From the human T2T-CHM13v2.0 reference genome, Homo sapiens: a DNA stretch of 64,000 nt. This document shows, in pieces, positions 1 to 13,221 of the stretch. The position numbers and the translations under genes are program-made. The notes under the pieces were generated by a model. It did no database searches and was not told where the DNA came from. It worked only from the letters and a program-made list of their open reading frames with translations. The stretch lies in NCBI RefSeq assembly GCF_009914755.1, contig NC_060946.1. One strand, written 5' to 3'. Numbering within the stretch: the first letter of the stretch is position 1; every line of letters begins with the position of its first letter.

Positions 1-267
1 GTGTGGCCCCTGCCCCTGCCTGCGCCCCTCCCCGAGTGTGTCCATCTGTGTGTCTCTCTGTCCCCCACATGCCCACCCTGTGCCGAGCCCATCTGTTCCT
101 TTCTCTCTTCTGCGTGGATCCCAAAATCTTCCCAGGGAAAAAGCTGGGAGAAAGTGGGAAGGGAAGGAGGGAAAGGGCAGGGGGTGGGTGGGCAGAACCT
201 GCTCCTGAGGTGGGGTAGGCGCCCAGCTCTGCTCCCCACTGACGGCCTGTCTGGCTTCTTCCTCCAG

Positions 268-381
268 TGCTCAGCATTGGGGAGGGCGGTTTCTGGGAGG
301 GAACCGTGAAAGGCCGCACGGGCTGGTTCCCGGCCGACTGCGTGGAGGAAGTGCAGATGAGGCAGCATGACACACGGCCTG
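268..381 (+). CDS. SHANK3: SHANK3 exon 12 (C-terminal half of SH3 domain)
   Basis: cctccAG acceptor at 266-267, GT donor at 382; encodes (V)LSIGEGGFWEGTVKGRTGWFPADCVEEVQMRQHDTRP, with the SH3 WEG...GWFP motif; phase 1 joins next exon. Confidence 0.96.
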
Positions 382-3300
382 GTGAGTGACCCCACGGCCC
401 CCCGGGCAGCTCCCAAGGGGACCACCCCTTCCAGTTTCCCTTTGTTCTCTCTTGGTGCTAAATCCACATGGATATTCATAGAGAAAAGACTAGAGGTAAA
501 CTCAAACAAACACTCAAAGTAGATGCAAACTTGTGTACATGACACAGACACGTGTGCACACACTCTGCATATACTTGGGAACATGCGTGTATGTAACCTG
601 ACGCTTCACGTGCAGTGGAGACACATAGGACGTGTGTGACGGGGCCTCTGTCTGTGTGATCCCACATTGACTCCCAGTGACTTGCACCCCACCAGCACAG
701 TCCTTCAGAAACACCAGGTGTGTGGAACGCATGATTCCTGCGTAGCTGGCAGACATGTAAGGAGGTCAGTGTGAGAAAAGAGGCGTTTTTCCAAAGTGGA
801 CAGATTGTCCAAGTGGGCAGAGCAGGCAGGCCCGGAGCAGCCAAGAGGAAATGAGGCCAGTTGGGCCTGGAGGTGCCCTGGTGAGTGCCCTGGGGCAGGG
901 ATGGTCTGAGGGCAGCAGGTGAGGCTGGGCTGGTCCTCAGCCTGCAGGGAGGATGTGAAGGTGAAGGCTGCAGCTCCTGGGTTGGTGAGTGGCTGCTGTC
1001 CAGCCCTGCTGACCATCTGGTCCTTTGGGGGCCCCCGGGCTGGAGCTGGGTGCGTGTCTTGGGGGTGCCCTTGCAAGGAACCCTCAGGGGTCCCGGGAGG
1101 CCCCCAGATCCATGCATGTGCTTCTGTCCTGGAGAGCTGGTGGGCCAAGCAAACCTCTCCTGAGTGATGGTCACTGGGGGCCATCGGTGGTGTGTCTGGA
1201 TCAAGGGTGCATGCACCCTCCCTCTGCATGTGAAGGGCTCAGGCCTGGGGTTACTGTGTCCCCATCTCTGTGTCCCCACCTCTGAGAGTTTCCCAGCGAC
1301 TCCACCCCTGTACGGCCTGGACCCCTGCCCTGTGCTGAGCTCAGCAGAGGCCCAGGGAGGCAGGAGCTTCGCCACTGACCTTTTCCTGGGCCGGTGCCCT
1401 TTCCTCCTTCCTTGGCCTTGTTCTGCCTTGCTCTGACTGGTGGCTTAGAGTGTGGAAGGGACTTGGCCCCCTGTTCTCAGCCCGCGGAGGGTGGATAGGG
1501 CAGGGTCCAGATGGGAAATGGTTTCAGAGATTTGGGCCCTGGTTCAGACAGTATGGGAGAGGGGAGGGGAAGGAGAGGTAGGGGGATCCACACCTGTGGC
1601 GGGAGCGGGTCTTGAGCTCCCCCACGTGGTGGTGAGGAAGGTTCTGGTTTGAGGACTGTGTGGAGTGAGGGGCATTTGGACCTAAGTCTGAAGCTGACGG
1701 GGAGGGAGGGGGGTTTAGGCTGGAGTCAGAATTGGAGAGCAGCAAATGTTTTTTAGGTGTTTGTCATGTGCTGGGCCCTGTGCTGGGAGCCGGGATCACG
1801 GAGGCTCAGCTGGAAGCCTTGTGGGAGCAGTGGCTGTGACGGGGGCCGTGTGAGCGTGGGAGCTCCCTGGGCTGGCCTGAAGGAGTCAGAGAGGGCCTCA
1901 AAGCAGAGGCATTGTCTGAGCTGAGTCCTCTAGGTGGTCAGCGGCTGGGGCTGAGGGGACAGCCGTGTGTGCAGGGTCCGTGTGGCGCTCTACAGCTGTG
2001 TGTCAGCACGGCCTGCTCTGAGTGCCTGGCACAGTTTTAGCACTTCTACACGTATAAGTCGTTGACTCATCCCAGCAGTCCCAAGAGGTGGGGCCACTTG
2101 TTGTTATTCCATTTCTAGGGGGTCACATGGCCCTGAGGGGCAAAGTCTTGTTTGCAACACAGGCAGCAAGTTCTATGTGAGTGAAACGCCTGCATGGGGT
2201 GAGGGGCGAGGCTGGTGTGGGGACCACGAGGGTGGTCAGGTGGCATGGAGTCAAGTGACAGTGTGGCATCATGGCGGAGGGAACCCAGCCGCAGTGTCTG
2301 ATTGTGCAGGTTGTGTAGGATCAAAGCCCGGGCTGGGCAGAGCAGAGCAATGGAGAGGAGGGTTCAGGTCTGGGCTCCAGCCAGCAGCCATGGTGTGTGT
2401 GACCTGGGGAGTGAGTGTCAGAGGTCCCGGGGTAGACGGGAGTATTTCATGAGTGGGCAGCGGGAGAGGGACCTGCGGAGGCTGCCTGCGAAGGGCAGGG
2501 AGTGGGAGCAGTGACAGTGCCCTCTGACCTCGGCTGCAGGCCCTGCTGGCCACACTGCGCAGAGCCTCTGCTCTGGGATCCCGGGGCCGAGTTCTGCCAG
2601 AGGCCAGAGTGCAGCCCAGGAACAGGAACCTGCTTCCAACAGGCCCAGATCTGCTCCCCCCACCCCCCAAAAAAATCCATTTCCGGGACTGGAGTGGGGA
2701 CAGAAAAGGACTTAAAGGTTAGGGAGGGGACATAGTCCCTGTGCGTGCAGGGGCTGGTGCCCAGAGCCGGTGCCTGCTGTGGGATCGGGAGGCGAGTCCT
2801 GGTCACTTACCCAGCAGAGAGCAGTCTCCCACGGCACCTCCTGGCAGGCAGAGGGTGGAGCTGTGAGGGAGGGAATGGAGAAGCGAGGTCAGGTGTGTTC
2901 TGGAGGCCCAGCAGGAGCAGGCCCTGTGCCTTCCCTCCCCTCCCTCCTTCCCTTTCTTTGCAGTAAGGTCAGCACTTGGGTGGGTAGTAGGAGATGGCTG
3001 TGTTGGGCATTTTCTCTTCAGCTGGCTTTTATGTGTCTTATTAACAAAACTGGAAAAATGAGTTTGTGTTATGTAATCCATACAATTTGTTTGGTTGACA
3101 ACATCTGAAAACAGGAGGCTGGTCAAGTGCAAGTGTGGCGGGTTCTTCAGCAGGCAGCACCATGACACTTCCGTGCCTCTGTCGACGTGGAGAAGGGTGT
3201 GATGGAGGAAAGGAGGGGTCTGATGCCCCACCTGAGTGGTGATGAGGCTTGGCCTGAGCTGGCCTTAGGTTCAGCGGGATGAGGGGTGCAGGTGTGGTTG

Positions 3301-3765
3301 GGGAATGCCAGGATAAGATATAGGTCATCAGAACCAAGGGGATCCTCCAAGTTGGATTTCTCTATTCTATATGGGCGGGCTTAGAGGGGGCTGTTGACTT
3401 ACTGAGAGTCACACAACGTAGTAGCTGGGACCTGGAATCCAGCCCGATACTTTTTTGATATCTGTGCCTTCTGATAGAAATAGGCACTCTTTCCTCTTTC
3501 CGTCCGGCCACTGCTCCACCTATGTTTACAGCCATCTATCCTTTGACTCACCCACCCATCCCACCATCATCTTCTTAACCGTTGACTCACCAGCCAACCC
3601 AATCCACCACCCCTCCCTTCCTCCATCCATCCACCTCTCCACCTACCTGTCTACACACCCAGTCCATCCATCCATCTACCCATGTATCTGTCTGCTCTTT
3701 GACCTATCTACCCATGGCCCTCTCCTTCCCTCCCTCCATCCACTGGTCCAGTGCCTTTCAATCCA

Positions 3766-3881
3766 CCCTTCTGTCCGTCTATCTCAGATGCACCTGTCCA
3801 CCATTTACTCTCCTAGTCAGCATCCCTTCTGTCCGTCTATCTCAGATGCACCTGTCCACCATTTACTCTCCTAGTCAGCAT
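3766..3881. repeat. Perfect 58-bp tandem duplication (2 copies) next to a CCAT-rich low-complexity tract
   Basis: cccttctgtccgtctatctcagatgcacctgtccaccatttactctcctagtcagcat at 3766-3823 and 3824-3881. Confidence 0.9.
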
Positions 3882-4269
3882 GCAGAATGCCTGTGACGTG
3901 CCAGGTGCTGTGCTGGGTGCTAGGATCACAGAGATAAAGAACATGTGGCCCTTACCCTCAAGGAGCTCACAATTAGTGGGGGAAACAGGTCATCGAAAGC
4001 TGCAGGTTATCTTTCTGATCTCATTTCCTGCCACTCTCTCTAGCTCCCTCTGCTCCAGCTGCACAGGCTCTGAACTCTCTCAAATGCTGCAGGCTGATGC
4101 CTGCCGTGGGCTTCCCCTGACCACCCCCGCTCCTGGGAAGCCCTTTGCCCACATATCCACAGGCTGCTCCCCATCCTCAGCCTCTGCTCAGCCCTCCCGT
4201 GGGGGTGAGGCCTTTGCGTGCCTTTCTCTGCCCTCCCTGATCTGCTCGCTGGTCTCCTGAGCACTTGCC

Positions 4270-4415
4270 AGCATTCGCATGCTATGTCTTTATCCTCTGT
4301 TTATCCTGTCTCCCAGAACAGATTATAAACCCCACGAGTGCAGAGACTTTGTTCTCTTCTCTGCTGTATTTGCAGAGCTGGTACACAGTAGGAGCTCAAT
4401 AAATACTTGCTGAAG
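4270..4415 (+). mobile_element. Ancient L2-type 3' end fragment
   Basis: Ends in ...cacagtaggagctcaataaatacttgctgaa, typical of an L2 3' terminus; family assignment by recognition only. Confidence 0.5.
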
Positions 4416-5438
4416 GAAAACATGGATCTTGAGAAATGCTACCAAGAGAGGAAATGAGGAAGGTGCTGAGGGATGAAAGCGAGGCAGTGGTGGTGCTGCC
4501 TGTGGGGCCTTTGCGGTCCTGGAGAGTGGAGCTGCGGGGCTGGGAAGGCTGGTGGGTGGGGCTCGCAGGCAGCTGGAGGAGCTCGTGGGAGCAGAGAGGT
4601 CATGGCTGGAGGTGTGGCTCGAACCTTCAGGTCAGTGAGGGTGGAGTGGTGGGCAGACAGCTGGCTAGCTTGGTGCTGGCCATGTGGGACTTGAGATCAA
4701 GAGGACAGTTGGGGACCAAGCTCTGTGGGATGCATCGAGGTCAGGGCAGGGGACCCAGCCCACACACCTAGATCCCCTGCCCCACTCACAGTTAGTCTGA
4801 AGCAAGGGACCCCATGAGGTTGAGCATCAAGGAGCTATTGTGAAGAAGTTGGTGAAGACAGAACGCTGCTTCCATGCCAGCGCCTATAGGCACATAGCAC
4901 GGCATTTGTACATGAGTGTGGGTAATGCAGATTCAGATGTGCACACACACATGCATGAACACACCTCACACGCACATGACGGCAGGTCACACAGACACAT
5001 GAGCACGGCACTTGCACACAGTGGGCTCATATAGAGACACGTGCATGAGCACAGCATCTACACATGACCACGGATCTCTCACACACACACGTATGTGCAC
5101 ACCCCCCTCTTTGCTCGCAGCCTTGGGGCTCACTTACGCTCTGTGGACGGCTCTGGCCTTGTTTGGACTCCTGGTTCAGCAGCTACTTAGGAAAGAGATG
5201 AGCTGCTGCCCCCTCTTGGGCCCTGACCCACGGAGGTCAGAATTCCCTACATCATCCCCTCAGCCTTCTTACCTCTGGACCCAGGACTCCAGGATTTGGG
5301 GCCCCCTACTTCCATCTGGACACAACCAGGCCAAGGGGGTGTGTGTGGGCAGAGACTGGTGACCAGCATGGGTGAGGGCAGTTGAGGCAGGCCAGCTGGA
5401 GGCCACGACTGTCCATCAGCTCCCGATACTCCCTTCAG

Positions 5439-5514
5439 AAACGCGGGAGGACCGGACGAAGCGGCTCTTTCGGCACTACACAGTGGGCTCCTACGACAGC
5501 CTCACCTCACACAG
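5439..5514 (+). CDS. SHANK3: SHANK3 exon 13
   Basis: cttcAG|AA ACG ... CAC AG|GT; encodes ETREDRTKRLFRHYTVGSYDSLTSH. Confidence 0.96.
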
Positions 5515-5744
5515 GTACGTGCAGGGACCCTGGCTGGCGGGAGCATGCATGTGGGACGTGGGGCAGGACCTGCAGTGTAGAGGGAGGCCAGGTATGAAGA
5601 GGTCAGAGGAGGGCAAGGGAATGTGCCTGGCCGACCTCTCTTCTGCTGCCCGGCCTGTCAGTCCCGGGGTGACTGCAGGGTGGACTGTGGCCGGCCAACC
5701 TCGAGGCAGGGCTTACCTCACTCCTCCCTGCTTTCCTTCATCAG

Positions 5745-5827
5745 CGATTATGTCATTGATGACAAAGTGGCTGTCCTGCAGAAACGGGACCACGAGGGCT
5801 TTGGTTTTGTGCTCCGGGGAGCCAAAG
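5745..5827 (+). CDS. SHANK3: SHANK3 exon 14 (PDZ start)
   Basis: atcAG|C GAT ... AAA G|GT; encodes DYVIDDKVAVLQKRDHEGFGFVLRGAK with the PDZ GFGF loop. Confidence 0.97.
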
Positions 5828-6316
5828 GTAATGGGGAGTGGGTGCCCGGGGGTCAGGCAGGCAGGGGCTGCACACCGCTCAGGGATGTCTTCAGCTTCTT
5901 GCTTCTGCCCCCAACTCTGCTCTGCCCCACACTCCCTCCCTGCCTTGCCCCTGCGGCTCCCGCTTTTGGCCCCGGCTTTCCTGGTTCCTCTGCTCGGTCG
6001 CGACCGTCGTGGTTTGCAACGTCCCGGCCCAGGCGGCAATTCCTTCCCTTCGTTGTTTTCCACTGTCTTTGCTCTAGAGTCTAACCGAGTGGGGGCTTTT
6101 CTGGCATGGGCAAAGGGAGTTTTGCAGAGGGTCATGTCTAGGATCCTTGGGCCGGCTCGTCCCTGCGCTGTGGCTCCCCGTGGCCCTCCCCCAGCCCCGG
6201 GTCACTGCCCCCCGCAGTCATCTCTTTCCTGTGCTGAGCCACTCGGAGGTTGCTGTGTGGCAGCCGCCCCCACCCGAACCTAGCTGGTGAAGCGCCTTCC
6301 TAATTGCCCCCCGCAG

Positions 6317-6441
6317 CAGAGACCCCCATCGAGGAGTTCACGCCCACGCCAGCCTTCCCGGCGCTGCAGTATCTCGAGTCGGTGGACGTGGAGGGTGTGG
6401 CCTGGAGGGCCGGGCTGCGCACGGGAGACTTCCTCATCGAG
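6317..6441 (+). CDS. SHANK3: SHANK3 exon 15 (PDZ)
   Basis: cgcAG|CA GAG ... ATC GAG|GT; encodes AETPIEEFTPTPAFPALQYLESVDVEGVAWRAGLRTGDFLIE. Confidence 0.96.
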
Positions 6442-6542
6442 GTGAGGTCGTTCTGGCCGGTGCTGCCCAGTGGGATGCTGAGCCCTGAGCCCTGTGGTGG
6501 ACGTGCCTGGGGCGTCCCCACCCAGCTGCCTGTCTATCCCAG

Positions 6543-6675
6543 GTGAACGGGGTGAACGTGGTGAAGGTCGGACACAAGCAGGTGGTGGCTCTGATTCGCC
6601 AGGGTGGCAACCGCCTCGTCATGAAGGTTGTGTCTGTGACAAGGAAGCCAGAAGAGGACGGGGCTCGGCGCAGAG
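6543..6675 (+). CDS. SHANK3: SHANK3 exon 16 (PDZ end)
   Basis: cccAG|GTG AAC ... AGA G|GT; encodes VNGVNVVKVGHKQVVALIRQGGNRLVMKVVSVTRKPEEDGARRR. Confidence 0.97.
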
Positions 6676-7012
6676 GTGAGGGGTCACGCTTCAGGCCTCT
6701 GTGCCCAAACTTTCCCCTGACCTTAGACCTTTGACTTCAGGCCCACATTCCTCTTCCCATCCCTGACCCCCAACTGCTGACATCAGATTCCTGAACCTCA
6801 ATGAACCACCCACACGTGTGGGCTGGGACCCCTCCCGATCCCTGGTGCTAGACTGCCAGTCCTGTCCCCTGGCCTGAGGCCTTTGACCCCTGACCCCTGA
6901 CCTCAGGCTGCCCCTCCTCAGATCCCTGCCCCCTCCTTCCCGGCGTTCCCCCAGCCCCTGGCGTGGCAGAGCCCTCCTTCCCTACACCGCCAGCAGCTGC
7001 CTGGAGGCCGGG

Positions 7013-7026
7013 GTTGCCATAGCAAC
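7013..7026. promoter_or_regulatory. RFX X-box (GTTGCCATAGCAAC) in SHANK3 intron 16
   Basis: One mismatch from the palindromic RFX consensus GTTGCCATGGCAAC; lies in GC/CpG-rich sequence ~460 bp upstream of the in-frame ATG at 7483. Confidence 0.7.
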
Positions 7027-7482
7027 TGTGAGGTTGACGCTGCCGCGCTGCTTATTGTCGGAGGGAAGGGGGAGGCGGCACCTGAGGGAAGAGGAAAAGC
7101 GTCTTCTCCCCGCGACGACGCGGCACAGCCTGGGCCCAGGAGGCTTTGCCGGCCAGGCCCAGCCCAGGCCCGTGGCTTGGCTGACCACACCCTGGCCCCA
7201 CAAGGGGCAGTGGCCACCCGGGCCTGGGGGGAGCCCTGGAGCAGCAGGAGCCCCGCCCGCAAGGAGACCCCTCCCAGCCCCCACCCCATGGCTCTGGTGC
7301 CCCCTTGCTTAGCCCTCGAAGCCTGCAGGGTGGGTGCTCAGGCCAGAGCCAGCCGGCACCGTGACCCCCGCCAGCACCCTTGATCGTCTCCTGAGGCCCT
7401 GATTCTGGGGGTTCCCAGGGCCCCTGAGGCCCTGACCGCCCGCCCCCCCCCCCCCCCCCGCACTCCCTGAGCTCCTTGAGCC

Positions 7483-7735
7483 ATGAAGAAGTTTGCGTCC
7501 AGCCGTAACCTGAACAAGATCCTGGCACAGTGCGACTCATCCTCGCGGGAGTACGAGGAGATCCAGGCGGTGGAGCGCAAGTGGCACCTGCACCTGGCCA
7601 CGCCGCGCCGCCTGCTGCTGGACAGGAGGTCCAAGGCCTCCCTCTTCTTTGCAGCCCCACCGCCCCCCAAGAGGGCCCCCAGCACCACACTGACCCTGCG
7701 CTCCAAGTCCATGACAGCTGAGCTCGAGGAACTTG
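7483..7735 (+). CDS. SHANK3: Alternative first coding exon of a short SHANK3 isoform (intron-16 promoter, SHANK3e-type), contiguous with exon 17
   Basis: gagccATG starts MKKFASSRNLNKILAQCDSSSREYEEIQAVERKWHLHLATPRRLLLDRRSKASLFFA, in frame with exon 17 and using its donor at 7736; matches my recollection of the rodent Shank3e N-terminus. Confidence 0.75.
7655..7735 (+). CDS. SHANK3: SHANK3 exon 17
   Basis: tttgcAG|CC CCA ... CTT G|GT; encodes APPPPKRAPSTTLTLRSKSMTAELEEL. Confidence 0.95.
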
Positions 7736-8588
7736 GTGAGTGGCGGGGGTGGCGGTGGAGGTGGACGCAGGTGGACGGTCCATGATGGGCAGACAGGGCC
7801 GGGAGACACAGGTGGTACGGGAGGGCAGGCGGTCCAGCCAGAGGGTAGGAAGGACAGGTGGGTACAAGAGCAGGTCAGAGGTGAATGGGTGGGTGCTGGC
7901 GCGATGGGGAAATTTGGTGCTTGTGGGGTGAGGAGAGGGTGGCATGTGGAAGGGGTGAGATGTGAGAGGCTGGGGATGGACAGTGGGGTGTCCAGGACAG
8001 ATGACGGGGAGCAGGGCCTGGCCCACCAGTATGTTTGCATGTGTGTGCATGTGTGTGCGTGTGCTGCCTCTGGTTTTCCACGTCTCCACTTTGACTTTAC
8101 TCCTGCATTTCATCCAAGTGAGGAGAGAGCGGTAGTGAGGTGACCAGGGTCTGCTGCTGGCTCTGCCAGGCACTGGCTGTGTCAGCTCTGTGTTTATTTT
8201 ACCCTCTTGGTGACTGTGCACTCATTGACAGGTGGCCCTGCTGACCCCACAGGCCACAGGAGTACTGTCGGTGGGATGATGGGGCAGGGCCTCGAGCGCG
8301 GCAGGAGGGGAGCAGGAGTGTGTTGGGGTTTGATGGGGCATGTTCTGGGCACAAGCCCTGGTTGACCATCAACAGCCTCTTCATGGGCAGGTCTTATATA
8401 TGTGTCCATTAACAACCTTGTCATGTGCACGTCCAGATATACTTGATCATGTCCTGACGTGACAGTCAGTAGCCTCTTCATGGGACTGTCCCATTACGTG
8501 TGACCGTTGTCCTCACTGTGGGTATGTGCTATACATGTGGCCATCAACAGCCTCGTCATGGGCATGTCCCACTGTACGTGACAGTTGA

Positions 8589-8909
<321 letters not shown>

Positions 8910-9650
8910 GGCTCTTTCTTTCTGTGATCTGAGCCCAGTTCTGTTCCCAGACTTAACTCTGCCTCTGGTCATAGAAGGAACCCCAACTTTGGTCCTAAAC
9001 TGAACCCTGAAGTCCTGGCCACAGGAAGGGACCCCATTCTGGTTCTAGGCTGAGCCCTATCCCTGGCTTCAGTCTTGGTTCTACCCCAGCCATAGAAGGA
9101 ACCCTTTTCCTGGTCCCCAGAATTATCCCTGACCTCACTCATGAACCAAGCCCTGACCCTGTCCTTGCCACAGGCTGAGCTGCCCCATGCCAAGCAGGTG
9201 GTCTTAACTGCAGTTTAGTTCAGGGTGGAGAACAGCTACCAACGTCCATTGGGCTGACGTGGTCAGAATTTTCACCATAGCTATTCCAAATAAAATAAAA
9301 CCCAAAGAAAAAAACAAAAAACCCCATGTAGATAATTCAGAATGAAAAGGAGAGAAACCAAAGCCAGAGGCTTCCATAGCTCGTTATCTAGTACGCAGGG
9401 GCAAGGGGTTGGGGTCCTGAGGCCCCCACAAGGCTGGGAGACGTGGCTGGACCTGTGAGAAGCGGGAAGGTTAAAAACCAAGCCCAACCACTGGAATTAG
9501 CTTCGAAAGAACTGGAAATCAGAGAAGAATATGAAAAACATTAAAATAAAGTAAATTGTCACAAAGATTAAAAGAACTAACAGAACTAATGAGAGAATAG
9601 GACAGAACAAACAAGCAAAAAAAGAATAAGCACATTTTAGAATGATTCTT

Positions 9651-9948
<298 letters not shown>

Positions 9949-9959
9949 AGAAGGATTCT

Positions 9960-10900
<941 letters not shown>

Positions 10901-12424
10901 CTCATTCAGGAGTGAGGCAGAGAGGCTAATCCTAGACCTCTGGCACTCGGGTCATGAGGGTCCAAGGTCAGTCACGGGGAGCTGACCTGTCAATTGAAGA
11001 TCCAAACTGATCAATAAGCCAGCACCAGTAGGCAGCTGGGTCCCAGGATTCTCCTGCCAGAGGCTGTCACATAGCCACAGTCAGCTGCATGTTCAGAAGG
11101 GACTCTTCTATTCAGCACCACGGGGCTTTTGGGCAGCCTGAGATCCGTAATCCTGGGACCCAGGGACTCTGCCCTATGGAAACGGAAGGACTGCGCTTTG
11201 CTCTCTGGGCTTTTCTGCCTGAAGAAACTGGTGAATGAAGACGCTCCTTTCCCTCCCCTCTGGGCTGAGTGTTCCCTCTTCTGCAACAAGCCTCAGGACA
11301 GGTTGCTGGAGTCACTTTGCAGAGCCCGGTCTTCCAGAGGAGTTGCTCACAGCTTCAGGCCACCATAATTTTCCAGGCTTTTTTCTGAGCAGAGTCTGGG
11401 GGAGGATGAAGGGACAGCTTAGCGCAGAGCCTCTACCCACACTTCTGGAGCTCAGGAAGCCACCCTGTCCCCAGAAGACAGCTGTCCTGGGAAGCCAGCA
11501 GGGCTTCTGGAAGTCCCCTCTGGAAATGCCTGATTTGAGGACGCCATGCCAGCATCAGGGTTTCCCCAGGTACCTAAGGGACCATCCCACAACCCAGTGT
11601 TTTTGCTTTCAGAAGATAGAAATGAGGCCTGTTGGTCACTGCTGGCATGAACACATCAGAACTGCCTCACACTGTCAAGAGCTATTAGAGCCCTTTAGGA
11701 TCCATAGTCTATCGAGAAGGTGCCTGGACACCTAAAAAGAAAAGAAAGTGAGGTGTCAGAGAAAGCAGGTGCAAGTCGGAGGCTCCTGTCCAGGTGGCTG
11801 TTTGCTGCTCGGAGGATGTGGGAGAGGCATGGCCCTGTTGGAGGAAGGGGAGGGAAGGGGTATCCTGTGGGGGAATGGGGTGAGCAAAGGCTGGTGCCTG
11901 GAAAATGGAGGGTTGCAGAGCTGGGAGTGAGAGGAAGGGGCTGGGTGGGGACCCTCCTGAGATAGGTGGTGAGAGAGAGAAGAGGGCAGAACACCCCTCC
12001 TCCCCTCAGCACTGGGGGCTCCTCATGGTCGCCACATGCATGTCTGCTCGGTTTGTACCAGGAATGTGCTGGGGCCACAGGTCAGTGGAGACCCAGGCCA
12101 GGGAAGGCCCTGTGGCGGGTCCAAGCCCTTCCTGTGTATTCACGTTCCCGGGAGAACTCTGGACTTCCCTGTAATTTCTGGGCCCCTTTTTCTTTTGTGA
12201 TGAGAACATCAGGGTAGGTGCCACACCCAGCATCTATGTGAGTGGCCTTGTCCTGGAAAAGGTTTCTGTGCCAAACACACTTGCCCTGCCTTTTAAGACC
12301 GACTTTGAACAGAACACAGAGGTGACCACCTTAATTTTCAGCGACACCTGAACTTGTTTTCTATGGGGTTTTGCCTTTTTTCTGAACAAACGTTTGACTG
12401 AGCCAAGCATGATGGAGTTGTGCA

Positions 12425-12955
12425 TATCTGTGTGTGTGTGCGTGTCTGTGCGTTGGTGAGCGGACACGCGCTGTCTGCACCTGCGTGCATGCGGCACACA
12501 TGTCTGTGCGTGGGTGAGTGGACACGTGCTGTGTGCACCTGCATGCGTGTGGCACACGTGTGTGCATGGGTGAGCGGATACGCACTGTGTGCGCCTGCAT
12601 GCGTGTGGCACACATGTCTGTGCGTGGGTGAGCAGACGCGCTGTGTGCACCTGCATGCGTGTGGCACACGTGTGTGCGTGGGTGAGCGGATACGCGCTGT
12701 ATGCACCTGCGTGCATGCAGCACACGTCTGTGCGTGGGTGAGCGGATACGCGCTGTGTGCGCCTGCATGCGTGTGGCACACGTCTGTGCGTGGGTGAGCG
12801 GATATGCAGTGTGCGCCTGCATGCGTGTGGCACACGTGTGTGCGTGGGTGAGCGGATACGCGCTGTGTGCCCCTGCGTGCATGCAGCACACATGTCTGTG
12901 CGTGGGTGAGTGGACATGCGCTGTGTGCACCTGCATGCATGTGGCACACACACAC
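12425..12955. repeat. ~56-bp GT-rich minisatellite, ~9 copies, SHANK3 intron 17
   Basis: Unit ~tgtgcgtgggtgagcggatacgcgctgtgtgcgcctgcatgcgtgtggcacacgtc; ggtgag recurs every 54-58 bp. Confidence 0.9.
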
Positions 12956-13197
12956 AAGTCCCTGCTTGTGGTTGTTTCCTCCTTGGCTTTCAAGGCATGT
13001 ACCAACTGACTCCAGAGTTGGGCAGATTTGCTATTCACGGTCTGATAAAGAGGTGTAGGCTGGGGGCAGATTTGGGAGGTCATGGTTTTTGGGGGAGGTG
13101 GTGGTGAGAGGGATGGGGTGGGGAAATGAGTGTGGATAATGGGGCCCGGGTGCCGAGCCTGCCTCTTACTCCCTTTACTCTGTTTCTTGATTCCAAG

Positions 13198-13221
13198 CCT
13201 CCATTCGGAGAAGAAAAGGGG
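13198..13221 (+). CDS. SHANK3: SHANK3 exon 18, 24-nt microexon
   Basis: Pyrimidine tract then ttccaAG|CC TCC ATT CGG AGA AGA AAA GGG G|GTGAGT; encodes ASIRRRKG; phase 1-1 and skippable in frame. Confidence 0.92.

Noticed and set aside
476-1375. 299-aa minus-strand ORF in SHANK3 intron 12 and similar intronic ORFs throughout
   Set aside because: No recognisable domain, splice context or coding bias; expected by chance in GC-rich DNA.
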